A DNA stretch of 64,000 nt from contig JAUVNS010000010.1 of the NCBI GenBank assembly GCA_030599585.1, forward strand, positions 96,001 through 160,000. Reading direction: 5' to 3'. This document shows, piece by piece, positions 39,599-49,915 of this stretch. This stretch comes from Promethearchaeota archaeon. Lineage in GTDB: Archaea > Asgardarchaeota > Lokiarchaeia > Sigyniarchaeales > SOKP01. Position 1 is the stretch's first letter, and each line of letters starts with the position of its first letter. The notes under the pieces were generated by a model. The model did not search any database and had not been told where the DNA came from. It was given only the letters and a program-made list of their open reading frames with translations. Both the position numbers and the translations under genes were made by a program.

Positions 39599-41524
39599 TT
39601 AAGCATAAAACTCTAATAAAGCATCCAATAACTCTTGTAATGTGTCGATATTTGGAATATATAAGAATGTCCCAGTTACTTTGAAATCTGTTATAATAAC
39701 ATTCGTAGTAATTACTAAAGAGAGTTTCTTAAGCAATCCAATTTCATCTCTTAAAATACTGAACAGCTGTTTCCCTGTATCAAGGTGTATATCAGGGGGG
39801 TCTGTCATTAACCGTATTCCTAATAAGTCACCAATTGCGCTAATATAATTACTTCCGAGAATATGACCTAATTCACTCATAGCACTGCGATAAAGCTCAG
39901 GAAAGTCATCAACTGTCTTAAATTTCTTTCGTAAGTCAATTTGTGTTTTCTTTTTATCATCAACGATAATTGATGTTAAATCTATCATATCTTTAACGCT
40001 AAAAATTGTAAGAACCGTTGCTTTAGTTTTTCCTGTGACGTTACTCCAAGCGACTAAGAGTTTATCAGTTGCTCGACTTAGTGTATCAGCATACTTATCT
40101 AATTCAACCATTTCTACCGAAGGTATATTAATAACTACTCTTTGATTTACCATTTGAGCTAGAGCATTAGCGGCATTCCCTGCTCCAATATTTCCTATTT
40201 CTTGTAATGCATCTCTCTGAAGCTCTGTTAATTTGATTGATTCCAAATTAAGCGATAAATCAGTTGTTGCTTCATCATTCGGTGCCTTAAATGTGACTCC
40301 TAATTTTCTGAACATCCCTTCCAGAGTTCCTTTGTCAGGTATAAAGAAAAACACTCCTGTTAGCTTAAAATCACTTATTTTTATCGTGGTTTTAATTAAT
40401 ACTACATATTTCGATATCGATTGCAATTCTTTACCTAAAAATTCTCCTAATAATCCAGAATCACTCATAGCAAATTCCGGAATGTCTATCATCATTTTAG
40501 TACCCGTTAAATCAGCTAGTGCAGATACATAATGACCAGCCATAATGTTTCCCATCTCAGTTATAGTAGATATAGCAAACGAATCAAGGTCCTCTTTGGA
40601 ATTGATTTTTTCAGGATCAAATTTAGAGTCATCACCAGTTAAATTAGCAACTAATTTCAATAGCGGCTTCATTTCAAAGATGTTAAGAATCGTTGATTGA
40701 GAAGGTTTATTGACATGGCAAAATATTCCACAAACCTTTTCACTAGATCCTTGAAACTGTTCTGATAATTTATCGCTGGAAATAATCCCTACATCTGTAA
40801 GTTGAACATCGATTTTTTTCTTTATTAAAACAGATAAAGCGGTCACAGCATTACCTACACCAATATTTCCAATTTCTTGTAAAGTATCAAGTTGATATTC
40901 ACTTAGTTCGTACTCCTTTTTCGGAGTTGGGCTTTTAGCTTTTTTATGGAGAACAACATTTTGAGATTTCGATTTTTTCTCCTTTATTTTCTTCGGGAGT
41001 ATTCCAGGTTGAGAAAGCGCTTTTGGAATCTTCTCTTGTTTTTTAAGCTGTTTAATTTTCAAGTTAGATAAATACCATTCGATAAGTGAATCTAAATCTA
41101 ATAAGATTAATGGTTGATCATTTAGCGTTCCAATCAATTTTACTAGATCCAGGTCTAAGTTTGTTTTTACAATTGTACTGTTTTGTCTAAAATTTCCTAA
41201 AGAAAATTTCTTAACACCATGGACATCATCCACTAATAAACCTAAATTTAAACCTTTATACTCTAATAGAAGTATTCTAGAATTTTCGGATAAATTATAT
41301 TCCGTTTTATTTCCATATATTATATGCCTTAGAGATAATACTGTATACACTGTACCCCTAATATCAATTATTCCTAATACTGATTCTTCAGCTAAAGGTA
41401 TTGGAATAATTTCATTATTTGGAACATAAATTTCTTTAACATTTTCTACTTCAAGTAAATATTGTTCATTTTGAACCTCTATTACTACTGAAGTGATACT
41501 ATTCATATTTTCAGCTTCCATCAT
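39599..41524 (-). CDS. CheW-CheC-CheC fusion protein
   Basis: N-terminal CheW (LGIIDIRG, GLLVDDV); Lys/Pro linker; two CheC domains (EIGNIG/EMGNIM, EIGNIG/ELGHIL). Confidence 0.9.
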   Translation of the reverse strand: MMEAENMNSITSVVIEVQNEQYLLEVENVKEIYVPNNEIIPIPLAEESVLGIIDIRGTVYTVLSLRHIIYGNKTEYNLSENSRILLLEYKGLNLGLLVDDVHGVKKFSLGNFRQNSTIVKTNLDLDLVKLIGTLNDQPLILLDLDSLIEWYLSNLKIKQLKKQEKIPKALSQPGILPKKIKEKKSKSQNVVLHKKAKSPTPKKEYELSEYQLDTLQEIGNIGVGNAVTALSVLIKKKIDVQLTDVGIISSDKLSEQFQGSSEKVCGIFCHVNKPSQSTILNIFEMKPLLKLVANLTGDDSKFDPEKINSKEDLDSFAISTITEMGNIMAGHYVSALADLTGTKMMIDIPEFAMSDSGLLGEFLGKELQSISKYVVLIKTTIKISDFKLTGVFFFIPDKGTLEGMFRKLGVTFKAPNDEATTDLSLNLESIKLTELQRDALQEIGNIGAGNAANALAQMVNQRVVINIPSVEMVELDKYADTLSRATDKLLVAWSNVTGKTKATVLTIFSVKDMIDLTSIIVDDKKKTQIDLRKKFKTVDDFPELYRSAMSELGHILGSNYISAIGDLLGIRLMTDPPDIHLDTGKQLFSILRDEIGLLKKLSLVITTNVIITDFKVTGTFLYIPNIDTLQELLDALLEFYA

Positions 41525-41544
41525 TATTTTTCATTCTCCTATTA

Positions 41545-42390
41545 TTATTTATTTTCTTTTAACATAATTCCTTTCCAAATAAGCTCAACTTCTTGTTCTT
41601 CGCCACTTATTTCCGAGAGGTAATTTTGCTGGACAAATATTGAAATTTGACCTCCATCCGAGTACTCATAAACGTAATCAAGTACATCATCTATAGATGT
41701 AAAATTAAAACCAGCAATTTTCAGCTCTGAACTACCAACTAACAATAAATCCTCACCATTAAAAGGACGGTCTTCATCATTCCATTCAACCCAAATTTCA
41801 GAAGCAATTTCAAGATCGTTTATAACTAAATCCTTTTCCAGGGGGATATTACGATAAGTCTTATAAGCAGCAAAAATAATTCGATTTGGAACTTTTCCCG
41901 TCTTTTTAAAGTATTTTTTTATAGCTTGTACCCCAGAATTAAAATTATTTAAATCAAGAATATCATAACAGACGACATAGGTCAATTCACCATCTTCCAT
42001 CTCTATAACGAAGTCCAAATTATCATTAGATTCATTGGAAATATTAACCTGGAAATTCTCAATTATAAATCCTTGAACATATTTAAAATATTGATAAAAT
42101 CGCCATTTTACCCCAAAATTTGAATTATCTTCTCTGCTGATAAAAATCTGATATAAAGATTTTAGTTGAGATGCTTTTAGGCTTTTTAAGTCATCAATCG
42201 TGTCATAGTCGTCACCAATATTTTTTAAGTTCATTCTTGCTGATTGTTTCTTTTTAGTAGGTTTACTTGAAAGTTCATCCAAAAAGATTTTAAGTTCTCC
42301 TTTTGTAAATGACGGTTTAATTTGGCTTACCAAATAATTTAAATATTTATCCGATTTATCTTGTAAAGTTTCATAATATTGAAAATTCAT
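41545..42390 (-). CDS. Hypothetical protein, possible degenerate PD-(D/E)xK fold
   Basis: 281 aa ORF with GGAG SD inside the operon; LDFVIE...TYVVC pattern. Confidence 0.55.
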   Translation of the reverse strand: MNFQYYETLQDKSDKYLNYLVSQIKPSFTKGELKIFLDELSSKPTKKKQSARMNLKNIGDDYDTIDDLKSLKASQLKSLYQIFISREDNSNFGVKWRFYQYFKYVQGFIIENFQVNISNESNDNLDFVIEMEDGELTYVVCYDILDLNNFNSGVQAIKKYFKKTGKVPNRIIFAAYKTYRNIPLEKDLVINDLEIASEIWVEWNDEDRPFNGEDLLLVGSSELKIAGFNFTSIDDVLDYVYEYSDGGQISIFVQQNYLSEISGEEQEVELIWKGIMLKENK

Positions 42391-42427
42391 TTAATCTCCT
42401 CTTTTTTTATTTATTTTTTTTTTGTTA

Positions 42428-44464
42428 TTATCCATAAAAGTAGGATTCTAATTCCGTAAAATTTACATCCTTTCCATCAATAGTCTTCAAATAATACATT
42501 ATTTCCATTTCCTGATAAGGCGTTATATTTGGAATAGTGAAATTTATCGTTTGATCGTGATTATCACTAGATTTAGTCATTTTATGTTCTATGTTTGATG
42601 ATATAAGCTTAAAGGATTCTGGAATTGTATCTGATATATCAATGTCTTTAATGAAGGCATTTGATTTGTTTTTGATTATAATATTTATTGCAAATTCATC
42701 ACTACTTCTACCTGGAAATATTTCTTTTCCAATCATGACGTTTCGGCGTTTATGTGAAATGTTTAAGGAAGGAATCGCATCTCTATCCAAATTTTCTTTT
42801 ATAACATGATATTCTTTAATCCCTTCATTAGCACTTTCCTGGTATTTAGGAAAATATGCATTAATTTCTAATGGAAAATCATATGATTTCTCGTTATCCG
42901 GTGAAATTGCCCTTAACGGATATTGAATCTCTAAAGTATCATTTTTTTCCAATGAATATTTAAGATTATTTTGAGATAGATTAACTTCAAGCTCTAATAC
43001 ATGCGTCATAGAAGGATCATCATTGTTGGGGGTTATATTTACAGTATATGAATCGGGGGTAATTGTTCCAGAATTATTAGTCAAAGTATAACTTGTATTA
43101 TCCATGGGAAGTAGAAAATCTTCAGGTACTACTTCTTTTACTACAACAGCATGCATAGGAATTGAACTGTTGTTTTTAATAAAGATTTTATTGGTAATCA
43201 CTGATTTTTCGAAAGATTTAATCTCGGTTTCTGGAATAAGTTTTTCTATTTTAAAATCAACTACTTCATAAACTTCATCAGCAAAATAGGTTTTTATTGT
43301 TGAATTTTTCTTAAAATTATAATTTACTGAATATTCGATTTTTCTAAAGAAGGATGGTTCAATTTCATCCTCTGTTTCCCATTCGTCTGTCTGATAGTTT
43401 TCGCCAGAATTTATTAGCGTTTTATTATTTGAAGTTTTAAAGTCTAAGTTTAAATATTCTTCTGTTTTGGATTTATCTGTAATTAGAATTGTTCTTAAAT
43501 CTAATGAATAATCACTGTGATTTTCAAAAATTAAGGAACATTTCCAATGATTGGGTCTGTTATTAACTTCTGATTTGTTAATTGCATGAAAGGCATGAGA
43601 GAAAGCCGTAAATTTATTGACATTAACCTCTGAAAATACATTATCTTTAACTTTAAATGAAGTTTCTATAATTCCCGTTCTAATTTTTTGATTTTTTTTA
43701 GGCATTACTTTAATCGAAAATTGTATAATTGCGTTTTCTCCTGGATGTAATTTATTCACTGAGCATTCAATAGAATTTCTTCCTATAACTAAGTTCTTAG
43801 ATGTTTGATCAGATACTTGAAAATCGTAAAAATCCTTGAAAATAGCTTTTCTAAATTCAATCTCTTCTATAATTGATGTACTAATATTTCTAATTACAAT
43901 AGTATACCTTATTAGATTCTCTCTACCTGATAATAGAATATTAGTTCTCTTTAAATGTAAGGTTTTTATGTCCTCCTCAGAGTTTTCAAATTCAGTTTTA
44001 ATCGATTCTAATTTATCATTCAATATCTCAATTTCTTCATCAATACGTATCAAATCTGAGATCTCCTCAGTATTAATAAGATCAAATTTAATATTTTTAC
44101 TAGTTTTAGGTTCAAAAATTCCTAGAACAACTTCATTCTCCTCTCCTATACTCGTTTGTTTAGAACCAGAAAATTCTAAGCGCGTATCCCAGATTCGATC
44201 CTTATTAGAGTTGTTGTTAACTGATAAATTGCCATATCCATGGAGAGATTTTCGAGATCTGTTGTAGTTATATTGAAAATCTAGCACCTCTTCATTTACA
44301 ATTGAAATTTCAGAAACTTTTTTGACAGACTCCGTATATATCTCTTGGGTGCTTCTATCGTCATATAGATCTCTTGAATGGGCTGTTTGAGATAAAGATA
44401 ATCCGATTAAATTAAATCCGGACTTAGTTTTCAATTCATCGTGTTTAATTTTTTTAAATCCCAT
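42428..44464 (-). CDS. Cytoplasmic all-beta protein: mu-homology-like N-half plus Ig-like (DUF11-like) domains
   Basis: Repeated IxIxN...I.D.IP..F sandwich motifs; no signal peptide or TM. Confidence 0.6.
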   Translation of the reverse strand: MGFKKIKHDELKTKSGFNLIGLSLSQTAHSRDLYDDRSTQEIYTESVKKVSEISIVNEEVLDFQYNYNRSRKSLHGYGNLSVNNNSNKDRIWDTRLEFSGSKQTSIGEENEVVLGIFEPKTSKNIKFDLINTEEISDLIRIDEEIEILNDKLESIKTEFENSEEDIKTLHLKRTNILLSGRENLIRYTIVIRNISTSIIEEIEFRKAIFKDFYDFQVSDQTSKNLVIGRNSIECSVNKLHPGENAIIQFSIKVMPKKNQKIRTGIIETSFKVKDNVFSEVNVNKFTAFSHAFHAINKSEVNNRPNHWKCSLIFENHSDYSLDLRTILITDKSKTEEYLNLDFKTSNNKTLINSGENYQTDEWETEDEIEPSFFRKIEYSVNYNFKKNSTIKTYFADEVYEVVDFKIEKLIPETEIKSFEKSVITNKIFIKNNSSIPMHAVVVKEVVPEDFLLPMDNTSYTLTNNSGTITPDSYTVNITPNNDDPSMTHVLELEVNLSQNNLKYSLEKNDTLEIQYPLRAISPDNEKSYDFPLEINAYFPKYQESANEGIKEYHVIKENLDRDAIPSLNISHKRRNVMIGKEIFPGRSSDEFAINIIIKNKSNAFIKDIDISDTIPESFKLISSNIEHKMTKSSDNHDQTINFTIPNITPYQEMEIMYYLKTIDGKDVNFTELESYFYG

Positions 44465-44527
44465 TATTTTTTTCCTCTTTTTTATATTTATTTGTGAATT
44501 TGCTCTTTTTTGGTTAAAAAAATCTAT

Positions 44528-46624
44528 TTAAAATTTAAATGTTCGAATTTCATTTGTTTTTGAAGTTATAATTGTTAATACATCGAGAATTAAGCAGACA
44601 GAGCCATCATCTAAAATAGTTGAACCCAATATATCTCTTGAATCAGAATAATTAGACTTAAATGGCTTGACAACAATATCTGTTTGTTGCATTATATCAT
44701 CGACTATAAAAACTGCTGAATTCATATCATCCTTTTTACATAAAATTGCAACTTTAGATTTTGAATGTAATCTCAAATCTTCGTTCGTAGCATCTTTAAA
44801 TTGAAAATGTTGCTCTAATTGGATTGCAGGAATTAACTTTGAATTAAATTTGTAATAAAGAGTATTTTCTACATATTCTGCCTTTTCTTGTTTAAATTGA
44901 AATATTGTTTCTATGTATTCTATTGGAATAGCAAATAGCTCTCCTGCTACACGAAGTAATTGTGCTTTAAGGATTGCTCTAGAAAAAGGCACTATTAAAG
45001 TGAAAGTAGTCCCAGCATCCTTTTCTGAATGAATTTTTAGAGATCCACCTAATTCTCTTATTTTTTCTACTACAATCGCTAGCCCTATTCCTCTACCTGA
45101 AATCAAATTAGCTCCTGAAAGAGTAGAAAAATTAGGTTGAAGAATATACTGGTTTAAAACATTCGTATTTAAATGCTCTACTTCTTCTTTTAAAAATAAG
45201 CCTTTTTGTACAAGAACATCCTTAACACGATCATAATCAATCCCTTGTCCATCATCTGTTACTTCGATATATATTGATCCAGCACTCCTGTATGTCTTCA
45301 GTCGTAATAATCCTATTTGATTTTTAGTTTTCTTCATCCTTAATTCAGGAGATTCAATTCCATGATAAACAGCATTTCTAAGAAGGTGAACTAATGGGGA
45401 ATTTAGCTCCTCTAAGATTTTTCTATCAATTTCAACATTAGTACCTTCTAAAATAAATCTTATTTTTTTCCCTGTTTCTTTTGCTACATCGCGTATTAAT
45501 CTTTTATACTTAACAAACGTTGTCTCAACTCTTACAAGTTTTAATCCAAAGATTAATTCTTGAATATCCAAGAATGGTTTCTCCATATTGCTAACAATGG
45601 CACCTAAAACTCTATCTTGTCTTTCTTTTAGAGTCCTTGTTATTTGATTCTTTAAAATTACAATTTCTCCAAAATAATTCATTAATTTTTCAAGAATATC
45701 GACATCAACTTTTACACTAGAAATCTTAGTCCCTTCATCTGAATAATCTTCAAATGCATGCGAACTTGTTTCAATTTCACCATCAATGAATTCATCATCA
45801 TCCTCACTTTCAACATGATATGACTCTCTGCTACGCTTAGTTGCTTTTTTTTCCAATATTCGCGTCCATTTTAAGTCAAATTCGTTAAGTAATCCTTCAA
45901 ATTCCTTATTTTCTAGTTTGTTAATTGCTTTATTTTCAATCTCTAAAATTTCATTTAAGATTTTTACTATTTCTTTATCTGTTGAGTGGCTAATATAATA
46001 TATCTCAAAATCATTAATGATTTCACCTTGTTCTAATGATTCTGGATCAGGGACACCCCAACATATCTGACCTTTTTCAGTCAAAGCCCTAAAAATAATA
46101 AAAAGTCGAACTTTCTTAAAGGCACATGTAGATTGAAGGCGAATATATACTTTATAAAATTTATTTGATTTGTCACCTAAAATAGCACTAAATTTGTTCG
46201 GTTGTATATGTTTTATAAAAGACATTTCTGAACTACTATCAAATGAGTCAAAACTGTCTCTTAAATCAAGTAGTAAGCTCGGATCTATGTCAGTCATATC
46301 ACCATTTTTAACATTATTTAGAACACTACGAAGAACTTCAAGGCTTTCAAAAAGCATATTAATAATCGAATCACTCAAATCGACTGAATCTTGATTATCT
46401 TTTATGCTTTGTAAAAAACTCTCAAAGTAATGGCAAAATTTAGAAGTATTATTAAAACCTGCCATTGCTGTTAATCCTTTTAAGGTATGAAAGGTGTAAA
46501 AAAGATTTTGAATTGGCTTCAACGCTTTTGGATTTTGTTCAATTTTCAATATTTCTCCTTCTGTTTGCAGGATGAGATCTTCTGTCTCACTTACAAAGAG
46601 CTTCATATCGTCTTGAGATATCAA
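44528..46624 (-). CDS. cheA: Chemotaxis histidine kinase CheA
   Basis: HPt FHTLKG; P2; HLLRNAVYHGIE; DDGQG; SGRGIGL; C-terminal CheW domain. Confidence 0.97.
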   Translation of the reverse strand: MISQDDMKLFVSETEDLILQTEGEILKIEQNPKALKPIQNLFYTFHTLKGLTAMAGFNNTSKFCHYFESFLQSIKDNQDSVDLSDSIINMLFESLEVLRSVLNNVKNGDMTDIDPSLLLDLRDSFDSFDSSSEMSFIKHIQPNKFSAILGDKSNKFYKVYIRLQSTCAFKKVRLFIIFRALTEKGQICWGVPDPESLEQGEIINDFEIYYISHSTDKEIVKILNEILEIENKAINKLENKEFEGLLNEFDLKWTRILEKKATKRSRESYHVESEDDDEFIDGEIETSSHAFEDYSDEGTKISSVKVDVDILEKLMNYFGEIVILKNQITRTLKERQDRVLGAIVSNMEKPFLDIQELIFGLKLVRVETTFVKYKRLIRDVAKETGKKIRFILEGTNVEIDRKILEELNSPLVHLLRNAVYHGIESPELRMKKTKNQIGLLRLKTYRSAGSIYIEVTDDGQGIDYDRVKDVLVQKGLFLKEEVEHLNTNVLNQYILQPNFSTLSGANLISGRGIGLAIVVEKIRELGGSLKIHSEKDAGTTFTLIVPFSRAILKAQLLRVAGELFAIPIEYIETIFQFKQEKAEYVENTLYYKFNSKLIPAIQLEQHFQFKDATNEDLRLHSKSKVAILCKKDDMNSAVFIVDDIMQQTDIVVKPFKSNYSDSRDILGSTILDDGSVCLILDVLTIITSKTNEIRTFKF

Positions 46625-46668
46625 ATTATCACCTTCACCTATTTCCTTCTTATTTTTATTTTATTTTT

Positions 46669-47046
46669 TTATTTTCCAGCAACTCTCTCTAAAACATCTT
46701 CGATTTGGTCTGCTTTAAAGGGTTTCTGAATAAAATCCTTTGCGCCCTTTTTAGCAGCTTCTAAAACTAACGCCTCTTGACCCAAGGCAGACACAATAAC
46801 AATAATTGCATCGGGATCGAAACTTAAAATTTTCTCTGTAGTTTCTATACCTCCTTGTTCAGGCATAACTAAATCCATTGTTACTAAGTCAGGCTTGAGC
46901 TCTTGATACAAAGAAACTGCTTCAACACCGTTTCTAGCTTCTGCGATAACTTCACCAATTTCTGTTTTATTGATGATCTTCTTCAACATATTTCGTGTAA
47001 ATTGGGCGTCGTCAACTACCAAAATTTTCTTTTTATTTTTTGTCAT
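46669..47046 (-). CDS. cheY: Response regulator CheY
   Basis: VDDAQFTR, TMDLVMP, SALGQ, KPF; adjacent to cheA. Confidence 0.95.
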   Translation of the reverse strand: MTKNKKKILVVDDAQFTRNMLKKIINKTEIGEVIAEARNGVEAVSLYQELKPDLVTMDLVMPEQGGIETTEKILSFDPDAIIVIVSALGQEALVLEAAKKGAKDFIQKPFKADQIEDVLERVAGK

Positions 47047-47595
47047 TTAATCAACTCTTTTTTTTTGCATTTTTATTTCTTCTTTTTTAATTGAAATATA
47101 GTCAATTTCATTAAGCAAATTGCTTAAATCAAGTAAAATTCTAGGTCTATCCTTGAATTTTATTATACCTTTAATATTTTCCATACCCACACTTGTTTGG
47201 AATATTGGACTCAATCCCACAATATTTTCTGCATTGACATGAGCAATACTAACAATTTGATCAGCAAAAAACCCGATAAAAACTCCAGCTATATCCAAAA
47301 TAATAATATATTTCTTTTTCCTCTTAGTTTTTACTTTAGATAAAGCGAGTTTTGATTTATATAAATAATTCTCGTGTAAATTTAGAACTTTTTCAAGGTT
47401 TAATATGTGAATTATTTCTCCTCGATAATTGTAGATGCCATCGATGAAATCAAGGCTCTTCGGTAGTTTTCTAATTTGACCCGATCTTACAATTTCTTTT
47501 ATTGTGGAAAGTTCAATTGCAAATTCTTCTAAACCAATTTCAAAAATTATAACCGATTTTTTTTCTAATTCATTTTTTATTTGTTCTTGATACAT
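47047..47595 (-). CDS. cheW: Coupling protein CheW
   Basis: EEFAIEL..IKEI, LPKSLDFIDGIYNYRGEII, ILLDL. Confidence 0.92.
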   Translation of the reverse strand: MYQEQIKNELEKKSVIIFEIGLEEFAIELSTIKEIVRSGQIRKLPKSLDFIDGIYNYRGEIIHILNLEKVLNLHENYLYKSKLALSKVKTKRKKKYIIILDIAGVFIGFFADQIVSIAHVNAENIVGLSPIFQTSVGMENIKGIIKFKDRPRILLDLSNLLNEIDYISIKKEEIKMQKKRVD

Positions 47596-47615
47596 TTTTT
47601 CTCACATCTATTTTT

Positions 47616-48464
47616 TTAAATTTCAAAATACAAATCAATTTTTTTTTTAAATTTATGGAAAGGTGCTATATCTCCGGTAAAATCAATTAGATGCTCCTTG
47701 TACTGTTCAAGGAAATCATCAGCTATTAGATACATGTATCTTTTGATTAATGAATTCAGGTTTTCAACCAAAAAAGCAAAAATAACATTCTTTTTTGTTA
47801 TCATATAAAAACGTTGATTACCGAAGTTAATTTCTTTCAGTTCTGCCCCGGATTCTTGTCCGATGATTTCTTTTGAAAATGAAAATAGCGCAGATATAAA
47901 CCCTCCAATGTGAACTTCCTTATTTGATATAAGTTTTCTGTTTTGATTGATTTTTGAAATATAAGGGCATCCATTTGCCCCTATTATGAACACACCAATA
48001 ATTCCCTTTGTTTGGGGTATTGATATTGTCTTGTTACACGTATTAATTACTTCAGAAATAGGTGTATTTAACCGTATTTGGTTTGTTATTTTTCTTGTAA
48101 AAAAATATAATTTTGGAAAATTAATAGTATGATCTTTCTCTGTCATATAGAGAATTACAATAGTATTATTATTATGTTGGAAATAATGAATAAAAATTGA
48201 AAAATCATCTAAAGGAATTATCGAATTCCCCTGCTTTTGATTATTAATTTCTTTCTTGCACAGTTCAATTACATTTTGTATAAGTGGTGTTCCTATTCCT
48301 TTTTGAAATAATACGTGAATTTTATCATTGTTATTAAATTCAGAAATTTTTATTAACCCATATCCGAGCATCTGCAAAATTTCTTTTGATTCTATTGTAT
48401 CCAAATGATTATTCATTTGAATTTTTCTATTTTGATGTTTTTCCATAACAATCATTAAATTCAC
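47616..48464 (-). CDS. Longin-like domain protein (probably two tandem domains)
   Basis: C-half VFIIGANGCPY...GGFISALFSFSKE...LKEINFG...FAFLV...F.EQY is the longin-type pattern; start uncertain (GTG 48464 or a later ATG). Confidence 0.7.
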   Translation of the reverse strand: MNLMIVMEKHQNRKIQMNNHLDTIESKEILQMLGYGLIKISEFNNNDKIHVLFQKGIGTPLIQNVIELCKKEINNQKQGNSIIPLDDFSIFIHYFQHNNNTIVILYMTEKDHTINFPKLYFFTRKITNQIRLNTPISEVINTCNKTISIPQTKGIIGVFIIGANGCPYISKINQNRKLISNKEVHIGGFISALFSFSKEIIGQESGAELKEINFGNQRFYMITKKNVIFAFLVENLNSLIKRYMYLIADDFLEQYKEHLIDFTGDIAPFHKFKKKIDLYFEI

Positions 48465-48821
48465 AGATTATTTTTTTGTATTTTTAGATATTTTCAATCC
48501 ATTATTTGTATTTTACCAAGAAAAGATTATTTGATGAAAAAAATTTAATTTTAAACACATCTTTTTATGTATTTTATGAAGAAGAATTTATATTTAAATG
48601 TTTATATTTCGAAATATGTGTTATTTTTAAGCATACAAACATAGTTAATAAAAAAAAATTGTATAATAATTTTGTTATTACTAAAAAAAAAGGGAAAGGT
48701 TTAAAAATACATATAATTATAGATTTATTAAAGATTTTTTATCATAAATTTAAAAATGAACAAAAAAATGATAATTTTTATTTAGTAATTGATTAAGTTA
48801 ATTAGAAAAGGTGAATAATTA

Positions 48822-49037
48822 ATGGAAGACTTTTACTTTGCTAAGGGAAGTAAGAATTTAGAAGAATGTAGTAGTTCGGAGAAATTTGTCATAATTTCTT
48901 TTCTTAGAGAAGAGTTAAACCTTATATCTAAAATTAAATGGTTTAGAATTAATGCTTTTAGAAATAAGGCTCAAATTTTCTCATTAAAATTAAAAACTTA
49001 TTTATTTGATAATCCTGGAGTTGTGTATAATTGGTAA
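48822..49037 (+). CDS. Small hypothetical protein
   Basis: ATG preceded by AAGGTGA SD; overlaps the tfb start. Confidence 0.4.
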   Translation: MEDFYFAKGSKNLEECSSSEKFVIISFLREELNLISKIKWFRINAFRNKAQIFSLKLKTYLFDNPGVVYNW

Positions 49038-49912
49038 TAATAAATGAAATAGAAGAATATCAAAATCTTTGTCCAGAATGCAATGGGTATATAATCCTAA
49101 TATCAGAAAAAGGAGAAACCGTTTGTAATCAATGTGGTCTTATCATAAATGAAAAAGAAATAGATCTAAAAAACAGCGGGAGGAGGACATATACACAAAA
49201 GGAAAAAAATAAATTTGATAACTATGGTTGGCCTATATCTCCTTTGGTTGCAGATTTAGAAATTTGTACTAAAATTAATAAAAATGAAACAAATAATTTT
49301 AACTTAAAAAGAATTATTAAGAGAGATTCAATGTATTCCTGGAAGACAAAGAATATGTTAATCGCAATTGCTGAATTAAAGCGATTAAGCTTTAACCTAA
49401 AAATACCTTCTCATGTTAAAAATGAAACATTATCCCTTTATAAGAAAAGTTTTAATGCTAATCTTTTAAAAGGGCGCTCCATATGTGGAATGATTGCTGC
49501 TTGTCTATATTTTGTTTCAAAGAAATTGAATACACCTGTTATGTTAAAAGATATTATCTATGAGTCTACTGCTGATGTTGAAATAATAAAGAAATGTTAT
49601 ATAGCTCTGACAAAGAAATTCAAATTACCACACTATAATCTTAATCCCCTTCTATTTATTCCAAGATATTCGTCTGAATTAGATTTAGATATTGAGACTC
49701 AACACTTGGTAGTAAAAATATTATCACATTTTTTAAAGAATAATGAATTTGATGGGAAAAATCCAATGGGATTATGCGGTGGAGCGATTTATTTTGCAGC
49801 TAAACTTAAAGGTAAAAAAATAACTCAAAAACAAGTTGCCAAAAAAGTTGGTATTACAGATTTAACTCTGAGATCACGATATAAGGAAATAATTGAAAAA
49901 ATAGGGTTATAA
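49031..49912 (+). CDS. tfb: Transcription initiation factor IIB paralogue
   Basis: CPEC...GETVCNQCG Zn ribbon; two cyclin repeats (LKGRS...AACLY, GKNP..L.GGAIY); TQKQVA...TLRSRYKE. Confidence 0.93.
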   Translation: MVIINEIEEYQNLCPECNGYIILISEKGETVCNQCGLIINEKEIDLKNSGRRTYTQKEKNKFDNYGWPISPLVADLEICTKINKNETNNFNLKRIIKRDSMYSWKTKNMLIAIAELKRLSFNLKIPSHVKNETLSLYKKSFNANLLKGRSICGMIAACLYFVSKKLNTPVMLKDIIYESTADVEIIKKCYIALTKKFKLPHYNLNPLLFIPRYSSELDLDIETQHLVVKILSHFLKNNEFDGKNPMGLCGGAIYFAAKLKGKKITQKQVAKKVGITDLTLRSRYKEIIEKIGL

Positions 49913-49915
49913 AAA

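Noticed and set aside
48506-48796. 96 aa ORF in the divergent promoter region
   Set aside because: TTG start, extremely AT-rich, low-complexity K/F/N/I content; probably non-coding
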